Part shown: in pieces, positions 14,001-29,000 of the stretch
Layout of the letters: every line of letters begins with the position of its first letter
How positions within the stretch are numbered: the first letter of the stretch is position 1
DNA from: Eledone cirrhosa
Lineage: Eukaryota
Assembly (NCBI GenBank): GCA_964016885.1
Contig: OZ024742.1
Span: 361,212,001 to 361,276,000 of the forward strand
Length of the DNA: 64,000 nt
Reading direction: 5' to 3'
The notes under the pieces: model-generated
Told to the model about the DNA's origin: nothing
The model's database searches: none
The model's input: only the letters and a program-made list of their open reading frames with translations
Program-made: the position numbers and the translations under genes

Positions 14001-17000
14001 ATCGCTGGATAGAATTTACGCTAGGAAAGAATCGGTAGATAGAATTTACGCTAGGAAAGAATCGCTAGATAGAATTTATGCTAGGAAAGTATCGCTAGAT
14101 AGAATTTACGCTAGGAATGTATCACTAGATAGAATTTATGCTAGGAAAGTATCGCTGGATAGAATTTACGCTAGGAAAGTATCGCTAGATAGAATTTATG
14201 CTAGGAAAGTATCGCTGGATAGAATTTACGCTAGGAAAGAATCGCTAGATAGAATTTACGCTAGGAAAGAATCGCTAGATAGAATTTATGCTAGGAAAGT
14301 ATCGCTAGATAGAATTTACGCTAGGAATGTATCACTAGATAGAATTTATGCTAGGAAAGTATCGCTGGATAGAATTTACGCTAGGAAAGAATCGCTAGAT
14401 AGAATTTACGCTAGGAAAGAATCGCTAGATAGAATTTATGCTAGGAAAGTATCGCTAGATAGAATTTACGCTAGGAATGTATCACTAGATAGAATTTACG
14501 CTAGGAATGTATCGCTGGATAGAATTACGTTAGGAAAGTATCGCTGGATAGAATTTATGCTAAGAAAGAATCGCCAGATAGAATTTATGCTAGGAAAGTA
14601 TCGCTAGATAGAATTTACGCTAGGAATGTATCACTAGATAGAATTTACGCTAGGAAAGAATCGCTAGATAGAATTTACGCTAGGAAAGAATCGCTAGATA
14701 GAATTTATGCTAGGAAAGTATCGCTAGATAGAATTTACGCTAGGAATGTATCACTAGATAGAATTTACGGTAGGAATGTATCACTAGATAGAATTTATGC
14801 TAGGAAAGTATCGCTGGATAGAATTTACGCTAGGAAAGAATCGCTAGATAGAATTTATGCTAGGAAAGTATCGCTAGATAGAATTTACGCTAGGAATGTA
14901 TCACTAGATAGAATTTACGCTAGGAATGTATCGCTGGATAGAATTACGTTAGGAAAGTATCGCTGGATAGAATTTATGCTAGGAAAGTATCGCTAGATAG
15001 AATTTATGCTAGGAAAGTATCGCTAGATAGAATTTACGCTAGGAATGTATCACTAGATAGAATTTATGCTAGGAAAGTATCGCTGGATAGAATTTACGCT
15101 AGGAAAGAATCGCTAGATAGAATTCATGCTAGGAAAGAATCGCTAGATAGAATTTACGCTAGGAATGTATCACTAGATAGAATTTATGCTAGGAAAGTAT
15201 CGCTGGATAGAATTTACGCTAGGAAACTATCGCTAGATAGAATTTATGCTAGGAAAGTATCGCTGGATAGAATTTACGCTAGGAAAGAATCGCTAGATAG
15301 AATTTACGCTAGGAAAGAATCGCTAGATAGAATTTATGCTAGGAAAGTATCGCTAGATAGAATTTACGCTAGGAATGTATCACTAGATAGAATTTATGCT
15401 AGGAAAGTATCGCTGGATAGAATTTACGCTAGGAAAGAATCGCTAGATAGAATTTACGCTAGGAAAGAATCGCTAGATAGAATTTATGCTAGGAAAGTAT
15501 CGCTAGATAGAATTTACGCTAGGAATGTATCACTAGATAGAATTTACGCTAGGAATGTATCGCTGGATAGAATTACGTTAGGAAAGTATCGCTGGATAGA
15601 ATTTATGCTAAGAAAGAATCGCCAGATAGAATTTATGCTAGGAAAGTATCGCTAGATAGAATTTACGCTAGGAATGTATCACTAGATAGAATTTACGCTA
15701 GGAAAGAATCGCTAGATAGAATTTACGCTAGGAAAGAATCGCTAGATAGAATTTATGCTAGGAAAGTATCGCTAGATGGAATTTACGCTAGGAATGTATC
15801 ACTAGATAGATTTTACGCTAGGAATGTATCACTAGATAGAATTTATGCTAGGAAAGTATCGCTGGATAGAATTTACGCTAGGAAAGAATCGCTAGATAGA
15901 ATTTATGCTAGGAAAGAATCGCTAGATAGAATTTACGCTAGGAATGTATCACTAGATAGAATTTATGCTAGGAAAGTATCGCTGGATAGAATTTACGCTA
16001 GGAAAGAATCGGTAGATAGAATTTACGCTAGGAAAGAATCGCTAGATAGAATTTATGCTAGGAAAGTATCGCTAGATAGAATTTACGCTAGGAATGTATC
16101 ACTAGATAGAATTTATGCTAGGAAAGTATCGCTGGATAGAATTTACGCTAGGAAAGTATCGCTAGATAGAATTTATGCTAGGAAAGTATCGCTGGATAGA
16201 ATTTACGCTAGGAAAGAATCGCTAGATAGAATTTACGCTAGGAAAGAATCGCTAGATAGAATTTATGCTAGGAAAGTATCGCTAGATAGAATTTACGCTA
16301 GGAATGTATCACTAGATAGAATTTATGCTAGGAATGTATCACTAGATAGAATTTATGCTAGGAAAGTATCGCTGGATAGAATTTACGCTAGGAAAGAATC
16401 GCTAGATAGAATTTATGCTAGGAAAGTATCGCTAGATAGAATTTACGCTAGGAATGTATCACTAGATAGAATTTATGCTAGGAAAGTATCGCTGGATAGA
16501 ATTTACGCTAGGAAAGAATCGCTAGATAGAATTTACGCTAGGAAAGAATCGCTAGATAGAATTTATGCTAGGAAAGTATCGCTAGATAGAATTTACGCTA
16601 GGAATGTATCACTAGATAGAATTTACGCTAGGAATGTATCGCTGGATAGAATTACGTTAGGAAAGTATCGCTGGATAGAATTTATGCTAAGAAAGAATCG
16701 CCAGATAGAATTTATGCTAGGAAAGTATCGCTAGATAGAATTTACGCTAGGAATGTATCACTAGATAGAATTTACGCTAGGAAAGAATCGCTAGATAGAA
16801 TTTACGCTAGGAAAGAATCGCTAGATAGAATTTATGCTAGGAAAGTATCGCTAGATAGAATTTACGCTAGGAATGTATCACTAGATAGAATTTAGGCTAG
16901 GAATGTATCACTAGATAGAATTTATGCTAGGAAAGTATCGCTGGATAGAATTTACGCTAGGAAAGAATCGCTAGATAGAATTTATGCTAGGAAAGTATCG

Positions 17001-20000
17001 CTAGATAGAATTTACGCTAGGAATGTATCACTAGATAGAATTTACGCTAGGAATGTATCGCTGGATAGAATTACGTTAGGAAAGTATCGCTGGATAGAAT
17101 TTATGCTAGGAAAGTATCGCTAGATAGAATTTATGCTAGGAAAGTATCGCTAGATAGAATTTACGCTAGGAATGTATCACTAGATAGAATTTATGCTAGG
17201 AAAGTATCGCTGGATAGAATTTACGCTAGGAAAGAATCGCTAGATAGAATTTATGCTAGGAAAGAATCGCTAGATAGAATTTACGCTAGGAATGTATCAC
17301 TAGATAGAATTTATGCTAGGAAAGTATCGCTGGATAGAATTTACGCTAGGAAAGTATCGCTAGATAGAATTTATGCTAGGAAAGTATCGCTGGATAGAAT
17401 TTACGCTAGGAAAGAATCGCTAGATAGAATTTACGCTAGGAAAGAATCGCTAGATAGAATTTATGCTAGGAAAGTATCGCTAGATAGAATTTATGCTAGG
17501 AATGTATCACTAGATATAATTTATGCTAGGAAAGTATCGCTGGATAGAATTTACGCTAGGAAAGAATCGCTAGATAGAATTTACGCTAGGAAAGAATCGC
17601 TAGATAGAATTTATGCTAGGAAAGTATCGCTAGATAGAATTTACGCTAGGAATGTATCACTAGATAGAATTTACGCTAGGAAAGAATCGCTAGATAGAAT
17701 TTACGCTTGGAAAGAATCGCTAGATAGAATTTATGCTAGGAAAGTATCGCTAGATGGAATTTACGCTAGGAATGTATCACTAGATAGATTTTACGCTAGG
17801 AATGTATCACTAGATAGAATTTATGCTAGGAAAGTATCGCTGGATAGAATTTACGCTAGGAAAGAATCGCTAGATAGAATTTACGCTAGGAAAGAATCGC
17901 TAGATAGAATTTATGCTAGGAAAGTATCGCTAGATAGAATTTACGCTAGGAATGTATCACTAGATAGAATTTACGCTAGGAATGTATCGCTGGATAGAAT
18001 TACGTTAGGAAAGTATCGCTGGATAGAATTTATGCTAAGAAAGAATCGCCAGATAGAATTTATGCTAGGAAAGTATCGCTAGATAGAATTTACGCTAGGA
18101 ATGTATCACTAGATAGAATTTACGCTAGGAAAGAATCGCTAGATAGAATTTACGCTAGGAAAGAATCGCTAGATAGAATTTATGCTAGGAAAGTATCGCT
18201 AGATGGAATTTACGCTAGGAATGTATCACTAGATAGATTTTACGCTAGGAATGTATCACTAGATAGAATTTATGCTAGGAAAGTATCGCTGGATAGAATT
18301 TACGCTAGGAAAGAATCGCTAGATAGAATTTATGCTAGGAAAGTATCGCTAGATAGAATTTACGCTAGGAATGTATCACTAGATAGAATTTACGCTAGGA
18401 ATGTATCGCTGGATAGAATTACGTTAGGAAAGTATCGCTGGATAGAATTTATGCTAGGAAAGTATCGCTAGATAGAATTTATGCTAGGAAAGTATCGCTA
18501 GATAGAATTTACGCTAGGAATGTATCACTAGATAGAATTTATGCTAGGAAAGTATCGCTGGATAGAATTTACGCTAGGAAAGAATCGCTAGATAGAATTC
18601 ATGCTAGGAAAGAATCGCTAGATAGAATTTACGCTAGGAATGTATCACTAGATAGAATTTATGCTAGGAAAGTATCGCTGGATAGAATTTACGCTAGGAA
18701 ACTATCGCTAGATAGAATTTATGCTAGGAAAGTATCGCTGGATAGAATTTACGCTAGGAAAGAATCGCTAGATAGAATTTACGCTAGGAAAGAATCGCTA
18801 GATAGAATTTATGCTAGGAAAGTATCGCTAGATAGAATTTACGCTAGGAATGTATCACTAGATGGAATTTATGCTAGGAAAGTATCGCTGGATAGAATTT
18901 ACGCTAGGAAAGAATCGCTAGATAGAATTTACGCTAGGAAAGAATCGCTAGATAGAATTTATGCTAGGAAAGTATCGCTAGATAGAATTTACGCTAGGAA
19001 TGTATCACTAGATAGAATTTACGCTAGGAATGTATCGCTGGATAGAATTACGTTAGGAAAGTATCGCTGGATAGAATTTATGCTAAGAAAGAATCGCCAG
19101 ATAGAATTTATGCTAGGAAAGTATCGCTAGATAGAATTTACGCTAGGAATGTATCACTAGATAGAATTTACGCTAGGAAAGAATCGCTAGATAGAATTTA
19201 CGCTAGGAAAGAATCGCTAGATAGAATTTATGCTAGGAAAGTATCGCTAGATGGAATTTACGCTAGGAATGTATCACTAGATAGATTTTACGCTAGGAAT
19301 GTATCACTAGATAGAATTTATGCTAGGAAAGTATCGCTGGATAGAATTTACGCTAGGAAAGAATCGCTAGATAGAATTTATGCTAGGAAAGAATCGCTAG
19401 ATAGAATTTACGCTAGGAATGTATCACTAGATAGAATTTATGCTAGGAAAGTATCGCTGGATAGAATTTACGCTAGGAAAGAATCGGTAGATAGAATTTA
19501 CGCTAGGAAAGAATCGCTAGATAGAATTTATGCTAGGAAAGTATCGCTAGATAGAATTTACGCTAGGAATGTATCACTAGATAGAATTTATGCTAGGAAA
19601 GTATCGCTGGATAGAATTTACGCTAGGAAAGTATCGCTAGATAGAATTTATGCTAGGAAAGTATCGCTGGATAGAATTTACGCTAGGAAAGAATCGCTAG
19701 ATAGAATTTACGCTAGGAAAGAATCGCTAGATAGAATTTATGCTAGGAAAGTATCGCTAGATAGAATTTACGCTAGGAATGTATCACTAGATAGAATTTA
19801 TGCTAGGAATGTATCACTAGATAGAATTTATGCTAGGAAAGTATCGCTGGATAGAATTTACGCTAGGAAAGAATCGCTAGATAGAATTTATGCTAGGAAA
19901 GTATCGCTAGATAGAATTTACGCTAGGAATGTATCACTAGATAGAATTTATGCTAGGAAAGTATCGCTGGATAGAATTTACGCTAGGAAAGAATCGCTAG

Positions 20001-23000
20001 ATAGAATTTACGCTAGGAAAGAATCGCTAGATAGAATTTATGCTAGGAAAGTATCGCTAGATAGAATTTACGCTAGGAATGTATCACTAGATAGAATTTA
20101 CGCTAGGAATGTATCGCTGGATAGAATTACGTTAGGAAAGTATCGCTGGATAGAATTTATGCTAAGAAAGAATCGCCAGATAGAATTTATGCTAGGAAAG
20201 TATCGCTAGATAGAATTTACGCTAGGAATGTATCACTAGATAGAATTTACGCTAGGAAAGAATCGCTAGATAGAATTTACGCTAGGAAAGAATCGCTAGA
20301 TAGAATTTATGCTAGGAAAGTATCGCTAGATAGAATTTACGCTAGGAATGTATCACTAGATAGAATTTAGGCTAGGAATGTATCACTAGATAGAATTTAT
20401 GCTAGGAAAGTATCGCTGGATAAAATTTACGCTAGGAAAGAATCGCTAGATAGAATTTATGCTAGGAAAGTATCGCTAGATAGAATTTACGCTAGGAATG
20501 TATCACTAGATAGAATTTACGCTAGGAATGTATCGCTGGATAGAATTACGTTAGGAAAGTATCGCTGGATAGAATTTATGCTAGGAAAGTATCGCTAGAT
20601 AGAATTTATGCTAGGAAAGTATCGCTAGATAGAATTTACGCTAGGAATGTATCACTAGATAGAATTTATGCTAGGAAAGTATCGCTGGATAGAATTTACG
20701 CTAGGAAAGAATCGCTAGATAGAATTTATGCTAGGAAAGAATCGCTAGATAGAATTTACGCTAGGAATGTATCACTAGATAGAATTTATGCTAGGAAAGT
20801 ATCGCTGGATAGAATTTACGCTAGGAAAGTATCGCTAGATAGAATTTATGCTAGGAAAGTATCGCTGGATAGAATTTACGCTAGGAAAGAATCGCTAGAT
20901 AGAATTTACGCTAGGAAAGAATCGCTAGATAGAATTTATGCTAGGAAAGTATCGCTAGATAGAATTTACGCTAGGAATGTATCACTAGATAGAATTTATG
21001 CTAGGAAAGTATCGCTGGATAGAATTTACGCTAGGAAAGAATCGCTAGATAGAATTTACGCTAGGAAAGAATCGCTAGATAGAATTTATGCTAGGAAAGT
21101 ATCGCTAGATAGAATTTACGCTAGGAATGTATCACTAGATAGAATTTACGCTAGGAAAGAATCGCTAGATAGAATTTACGCTTGGAAAGAATCGCTAGAT
21201 AGAATTTATGCTAGGAAAGTATCGCTAGATGGAATTTACGCTAGGAATGTATCACTAGATAGATTTTACGCTAGGAATGTATCACTAGATAGAATTTATG
21301 CTAGGAAAGTATCGCTGGATAGAATTTACGCTAGGAAAGAATCGCTAGATAGAATTTACGCTAGGAAAGAATCGCTAGATAGAATTTATGCTAGGAAAGT
21401 ATCGCTAGATAGAATTTACGCTAGGAATGTATCACTAGATAGAATTTACGCTAGGAATGTATCGCTGGATAGAATTACGTTAGGAAAGTATCGCTGGATA
21501 GAATTTATGCTAAGAAAGAATCGCCAGATAGAATTTATGCTAGGAAAGTATCGCTAGATAGAATTTACGCTAGGAATGTATCACTAGATAGAATTTACGC
21601 TAGGAAAGAATCGCTAGATAGAATTTACGCTAGGAAAGAATCGCTAGATAGAATTTATGCTAGGAAAGTATCGCTAGATGGAATTTACGCTAGGAATGTA
21701 TCACTAGATAGATTTTACGCTAGGAATGTATCACTAGATAGAATTTATGCTAGGAAAGTATCGCTGGATAGAATTTACGCTAGGAAAGAATCGCTAGATA
21801 GAATTTATGCTAGGAAAGAATCGCTAGATAGAATTTACGCTAGGAATGTATCACTAGATAGAATTTATGCTAGGAAAGTATCGCTGGATAGAATTTACGC
21901 TAGGAAAGAATCGGTAGATAGAATTTACGCTAGGAAAGAATCGCTAGATAGAATTTATGCTAGGAAAGTATCGCTAGATAGAATTTACGCTAGGAATGTA
22001 TCACTAGATAGAATTTATGCTAGGAAAGTATCGCTGGATAGAATTTACGCTAGGAAAGTATCGCTAGATAGAATTTATGCTAGGAAAGTATCGCTGGATA
22101 GAATTTACGCTAGGAAAGAATCGCTAGATAGAATTTACGCTAGGAAAGAATCGCTAGATAGAATTTATGCTAGGAAAGTATCGCTAGATAGAATTTACGC
22201 TAGGAATGTATCACTAGATAGAATTTATGCTAGGAATGTATCACTAGATAGAATTTATGCTAGGAAAGTATCGCTGGATAGAATTTACGCTAGGAAAGAA
22301 TCGCTAGATAGAATTTATGCTAGGAAAGTATCGCTAGATAGAATTTACGCTAGGAATGTATCACTAGATAGAATTTATGCTAGGAAAGTATCGCTGGATA
22401 GAATTTACGCTAGGAAAGAATCGCTAGATAGAATTTACGCTAGGAAAGAATCGCTAGATAGAATTTATGCTAGGAAAGTATCGCTAGATAGAATTTACGC
22501 TAGGAATGTATCACTAGATAGAATTTACGCTAGGAATGTATCGCTGGATAGAATTACGTTAGGAAAGTATCGCTGGATAGAATTTATGCTAAGAAAGAAT
22601 CGCCAGATAGAATTTATGCTAGGAAAGTATCGCTAGATAGAATTTACGCTAGGAATGTATCACTAGATAGAATTTACGCTAGGAAAGAATCGCTAGATAG
22701 AATTTACGCTAGGAAAGAATCGCTAGATAGAATTTATGCTAGGAAAGTATCGCTAGATAGAATTTACGCTAGGAATGTATCACTAGATAGAATTTAGGCT
22801 AGGAATGTATCACTAGATAGAATTTATGCTAGGAAAGTATCGCTGGATAGAATTTACGCTAGGAAAGAATCGCTAGATAGAATTTATGCTAGGAAAGTAT
22901 CGCTAGATAGAATTTACGCTAGGAATGTATCACTAGATAGAATTTACGCTAGGAATGTATCGCTGGATAGAATTACGTTAGGAAAGTATCGCTGGATAGA

Positions 23001-26000
23001 ATTTATGCTAGGAAAGTATCGCTAGATAGAATTTATGCTAGGAAAGTATCGCTAGATAGAATTTACGCTAGGAATGTATCACTAGATAGAATTTATGCTA
23101 GGAAAGTATCGCTGGATAGAATTTACGCTAGGAAAGAATCGCTAGATAGAATTTATGCTAGGAAAGAATCGCTAGATAGAATTTACGCTAGGAATGTATC
23201 ACTAGATAGAATTTATGCTAGGAAAGTATCGCTGGATAGAATTTACGCTAGGAAAGTATCGCTAGATAGAATTTATGCTAGGAAAGTATCGCTGGATAGA
23301 ATTTACGCTAGGAAAGAATCGCTAGATAGAATTTACGCTAGGAAAGAATCGCTAGATAGAATTTATGCTAGGAAAGTATCGCTAGATAGAATTTACGCTA
23401 GGAATGTATCACTAGATAGAATTTATGCTAGGAAAGTATCGCTGGATAGAATTTACGCTAGGAAAGAATCGCTAGATAGAATTTACGCTAGGAAAGAATC
23501 GCTAGATAGAATTTATGCTAGGAAAGTATCGCTAGATAGAATTTACGCTAGGAATGTATCACTAGATAGAATTTACGCTAGGAAAGAATCGCTAGATAGA
23601 ATTTACGCTTGGAAAGAATCGCTAGATAGAATTTATGCTAGGAAAGTATCGCTAGATGGAATTTACGCTAGGAATGTATCACTAGATAGATTTTACGCTA
23701 GGAATGTATCACTAGATAGAATTTATGCTAGGAAAGTATCGCTGGATAGAATTTACGCTAGGAAAGAATCGCTAGATAGAATTTACGCTAGGAAAGAATC
23801 GCTAGATAGAATTTATGCTAGGAAAGTATCGCTAGATAGAATTTACGCTAGGAATGTATCACTAGATAGAATTTACGCTAGGAATGTATCGCTGGATAGA
23901 ATTACGTTAGGAAAGTATCGCTGGATAGAATTTATGCTAAGAAAGAATCGCCAGATAGAATTTATGCTAGGAAAGTATCGCTAGATAGAATTTACGCTAG
24001 GAATGTATCACTAGATAGAATTTACGCTAGGAAAGAATCGCTAGATAGAATTTACGCTAGGAAAGAATCGCTAGATAGAATTTATGCTAGGAAAGTATCG
24101 CTAGATGGAATTTACGCTAGGAATGTATCACTAGATAGATTTTACGCTAGGAATGTATCACTAGATAGAATTTATGCTAGGAAAGTATCGCTGGATAGAA
24201 TTTACGCTAGGAAAGAATCGCTAGATAGAATTTATGCTAGGAAAGAATCGCTAGATAGAATTTACGCTAGGAATGTATCACTAGATAGAATTTATGCTAG
24301 GAAAGTATCGCTGGATAGAATTTACGCTAGGAAAGAATCGGTAGATAGAATTTACGCTAGGAAAGAATCGCTAGATAGAATTTATGCTAGGAAAGTATCG
24401 CTAGATAGAATTTACGCTAGGAATGTATCACTAGATAGAATTTATGCTAGGAAAGTATCGCTGGATAGAATTTACGCTAGGAAAGTATCGCTAGATAGAA
24501 TTTATGCTAGGAAAGTATCGCTGGATAGAATTTACGCTAGGAAAGAATCGCTAGATAGAATTTACGCTAGGAAAGAATCGCTAGATAGAATTTATGCTAG
24601 GAAAGTATCGCTAGATAGAATTTACGCTAGGAATGTATCACTAGATAGAATTTATGCTAGGAATGTATCACTAGATAGAATTTATGCTAGGAAAGTATCG
24701 CTGGATAGAATTTACGCTAGGAAAGAATCGCTAGATAGAATTTATGCTAGGAAAGTATCGCTAGATAGAATTTACGCTAGGAATGTATCACTAGATAGAA
24801 TTTATGCTAGGAAAGTATCGCTGGATAGAATTTACGCTAGGAAAGAATCGCTAGATAGAATTTACGCTAGGAAAGAATCGCTAGATAGAATTTATGCTAG
24901 GAAAGTATCGCTAGATAGAATTTACGCTAGGAATGTATCACTAGATAGAATTTACGCTAGGAATGTATCGCTGGATAGAATTACGTTAGGAAAGTATCGC
25001 TGGATAGAATTTATGCTAAGAAAGAATCGCCAGATAGAATTTATGCTAGGAAAGTATCGCTAGATAGAATTTACGCTAGGAATGTATCACTAGATAGAAT
25101 TTACGCTAGGAAAGAATCGCTAGATAGAATTTACGCTAGGAAAGAATCGCTAGATAGAATTTATGCTAGGAAAGTATCGCTAGATAGAATTTACGCTAGG
25201 AATGTATCACTAGATAGAATTTACGCTAGGAATGTATCACTAGATAGAATTTATGCTAGGAAAGTATCGCTGGATAGAATTTACGCTAGGAAAGAATCGC
25301 TAGATAGAATTTATGCTAGGAAAGTATCGCTAGATAGAATTTACGCTAGGAATGTATCACTAGATAGAATTTACGCTAGGAATGTATCGCTGGATAGAAT
25401 TACGTTAGGAAAGTATCGCTGGATAGAATTTATGCTAGGAAAGTATCGCTAGATAGAATTTATGCTAGGAAAGTATCGCTAGATAGAATTTACGCTAGGA
25501 ATGTATCACTAGATAGAATTTATGCTAGGAAAGTATCGCTGGATAGAATTTACGCTAGGAAAGAATCGCTAGATAGAATTTATGCTAGGAAAGAATCGCT
25601 AGATAGAATTTACGCTAGGAATGTATCACTAGATAGAATTTATGCTAGGAAAGTATCGCTGGATAGAATTTACGCTAGGAAAGTATCGCTAGATAGAATT
25701 TATGCTAGGAAAGTATCGCTGGATAGAATTTACGCTAGGAAAGAATCGCTAGATAGAATTTACGCTAGGAAAGAATCGCTAGATAGAATTTATGCTAGGA
25801 AAGTATCGCTAGATAGAATTTACGCTAGGAATGTATCACTAGATAGAATTTACGCTAGGAATGTATCGCTGGATAGAATTACGTTAGGAAAGTATCGCTG
25901 GATAGAATTTATGCTAAGAAAGAATCGCCAGATAGAATTTATGCTAGGAAAGTATCGCTAGATAGAATTTACGCTAGGAATGTATCACTAGATAGAATTT

Positions 26001-29000
26001 ACGCTAGGAAAGAATCGCTAGATAGAATTTACGCTAGGAAAGAATCGCTAGATAGAATTTATGCTAGGAAAGTATCGCTAGATAGAATTTACGCTAGGAA
26101 TGTATCACTAGATAGAATTTAGGCTAGGAATGTATCACTAGATAGAATTTATGCTAGGAAAGTATCGCTGGATAGAATTTACGCTAGGAAAGAATCGCTA
26201 GATAGAATTTATGCTAGGAAAGTATCGCTAGATAGAATTTACGCTAGGAATGTATCACTAGATAGAATTTACGCTAGGAATGTATCGCTGGATAGAATTA
26301 CGTTAGGAAAGTATCGCTGGATAGAATTTATGCTAGGAAAGTATCGCTAGATAGAATTTATGCTAGGAAAGTATCGCTAGATAGAATTTACGCTAGGAAT
26401 GTATCACTAGATAGAATTTATGCTAGGAAAGTATCGCTGGATAGAATTTACGCTAGGAAAGAATCGCTAGATAGAATTTATGCTAGGAAAGAATCGCTAG
26501 ATAGAATTTACGCTAGGAATGTATCACTAGATAGAATTTATGCTAGGAAAGTATCGCTGGATAGAATTTACGCTAGGAAAGTATCGCTAGATAGAATTTA
26601 TGCTAGGAAAGTATCGCTGGATAGAATTTACGCTAGGAAAGAATCGCTAGATAGAATTTACGCTAGGAAAGAATCGCTAGATAGAATTTATGCTAGGAAA
26701 GTATCGCTAGATAGAATTTACGCTAGGAATGTATCACTAGATAGAATTTATGCTAGGAAAGTATCGCTGGATAGAATTTACGCTAGGAAAGAATCGCTAG
26801 ATAGAATTTACGCTAGGAAAGAATCGCTAGATAGAATTTATGCTAGGAAAGTATCGCTAGATAGAATTTACGCTAGGAATGTATCACTAGATAGAATTTA
26901 CGCTAGGAAAGAATCGCTAGATAGAATTTACGCTTGGAAAGAATCGCTAGATAGAATTTATGCTAGGAAAGTATCGCTAGATGGAATTTACGCTAGGAAT
27001 GTATCACTAGATAGATTTTACGCTAGGAATGTATCACTAGATAGAATTTATGCTAGGAAAGTATCGCTGGATAGAATTTACGCTAGGAAAGAATCGCTAG
27101 ATAGAATTTACGCTAGGAAAGAATCGCTAGATAGAATTTATGCTAGGAAAGTATCGCTAGATAGAATTTACGCTAGGAATGTATCACTAGATAGAATTTA
27201 CGCTAGGAATGTATCGCTGGATAGAATTACGTTAGGAAAGTATCGCTGGATAGAATTTATGCTAAGAAAGAATCGCCAGATAGAATTTATGCTAGGAAAG
27301 TATCGCTAGATAGAATTTACGCTAGGAATGTATCACTAGATAGAATTTACGCTAGGAAAGAATCGCTAGATAGAATTTACGCTAGGAAAGAATCGCTAGA
27401 TAGAATTTATGCTAGGAAAGTATCGCTAGATGGAATTTACGCTAGGAATGTATCACTAGATAGATTTTACGCTAGGAATGTATCACTAGATAGAATTTAT
27501 GCTAGGAAAGTATCGCTGGATAGAATTTACGCTAGGAAAGAATCGCTAGATAGAATTTATGCTAGGAAAGAATCGCTAGATAGAATTTACGCTAGGAATG
27601 TATCACTAGATAGAATTTATGCTAGGAAAGTATCGCTGGATAGAATTTACGCTAGGAAAGAATCGGTAGATAGAATTTACGCTAGGAAAGAATCGCTAGA
27701 TAGAATTTATGCTAGGAAAGTATCGCTAGATAGAATTTACGCTAGGAATGTATCACTAGATAGAATTTATGCTAGGAAAGTATCGCTGGATAGAATTTAC
27801 GCTAGGAAAGTATCGCTAGATAGAATTTATGCTAGGAAAGTATCGCTGGATAGAATTTACGCTAGGAAAGAATCGCTAGATAGAATTTACGCTAGGAAAG
27901 AATCGCTAGATAGAATTTATGCTAGGAAAGTATCGCTAGATAGAATTTACGCTAGGAATGTATCACTAGATAGAATTTACGCTAGGAATGTATCGCTGGA
28001 CAGAATTACGTTAGGAAAGTATCGCTGGATAGAATTTATGCTAAGAAAGAATCGCCAGATAGAATTTATGCTAGGAAAGTATCGCTAGATAGAATTTACG
28101 CTAGGAATGTATCACTAGATAGAATTTACGCTAGGAAAGAATCGCTAGATAGAATTTACGCTAGGAAAGAATCGCTAGATAGAATTTATGCTAGGAAAGT
28201 ATCGCTAGATAGAATTTACGCTAGGAATGTATCACTAGATAGAATTTACGCTAGGAATGTATCACTAGATAGAATTTATGCTAGGAAAGTATCGCTGGAT
28301 AGAATTTACGCTAGGAAAGAATCGCTAGATAGAATTTATGCTAGGAAAGTATCGCTAGATAGAATTTACGCTAGGAATGTATCACTAGATAGAATTTACG
28401 CTAGGAATGTATCGCTGGATAGAATTACGTTAGGAAAGTATCGCTGGATAGAATTTATGCTAGGAAAGTATCGCTAGATAGAATTTATGCTAGGAAAGTA
28501 TCGCTAGATAGAATTTACGCTAGGAATGTATCACTAGATAGAATTTATGCTAGGAAAGTATCGCTGGATAGAATTTACGCTAGGAAAGAATCGCTAGATA
28601 GAATTTATGCTAGGAAAGAATCGCTAGATAGAATTTACGCTAGGAATGTATCACTAGATAGAATTTATGCTAGGAAAGTATCGCTGGATAGAATTTACGC
28701 TAGGAAAGTATCGCTAGATAGAATTTATGCTAGGAAAGTATCGCTGGATAGAATTTACGCTAGGAAAGAATCGCTAGATAGAATTTACGCTAGGAAAGAA
28801 TCGCTAGATAGAATTTATGCTAGGAAAGTATCGCTAGATAGAATTTACGCTAGGAATGTATCACTAGATAGAATTTATGCTAGGAAAGTATCGCTGGATA
28901 GAATTTACGCTAGGAAAGAATCGCTAGATAGAATTTACGCTAGGAAAGAATCGCTAGATAGAATTTATGCTAGGAAAGTATCGCTAGATAGAATTTACGC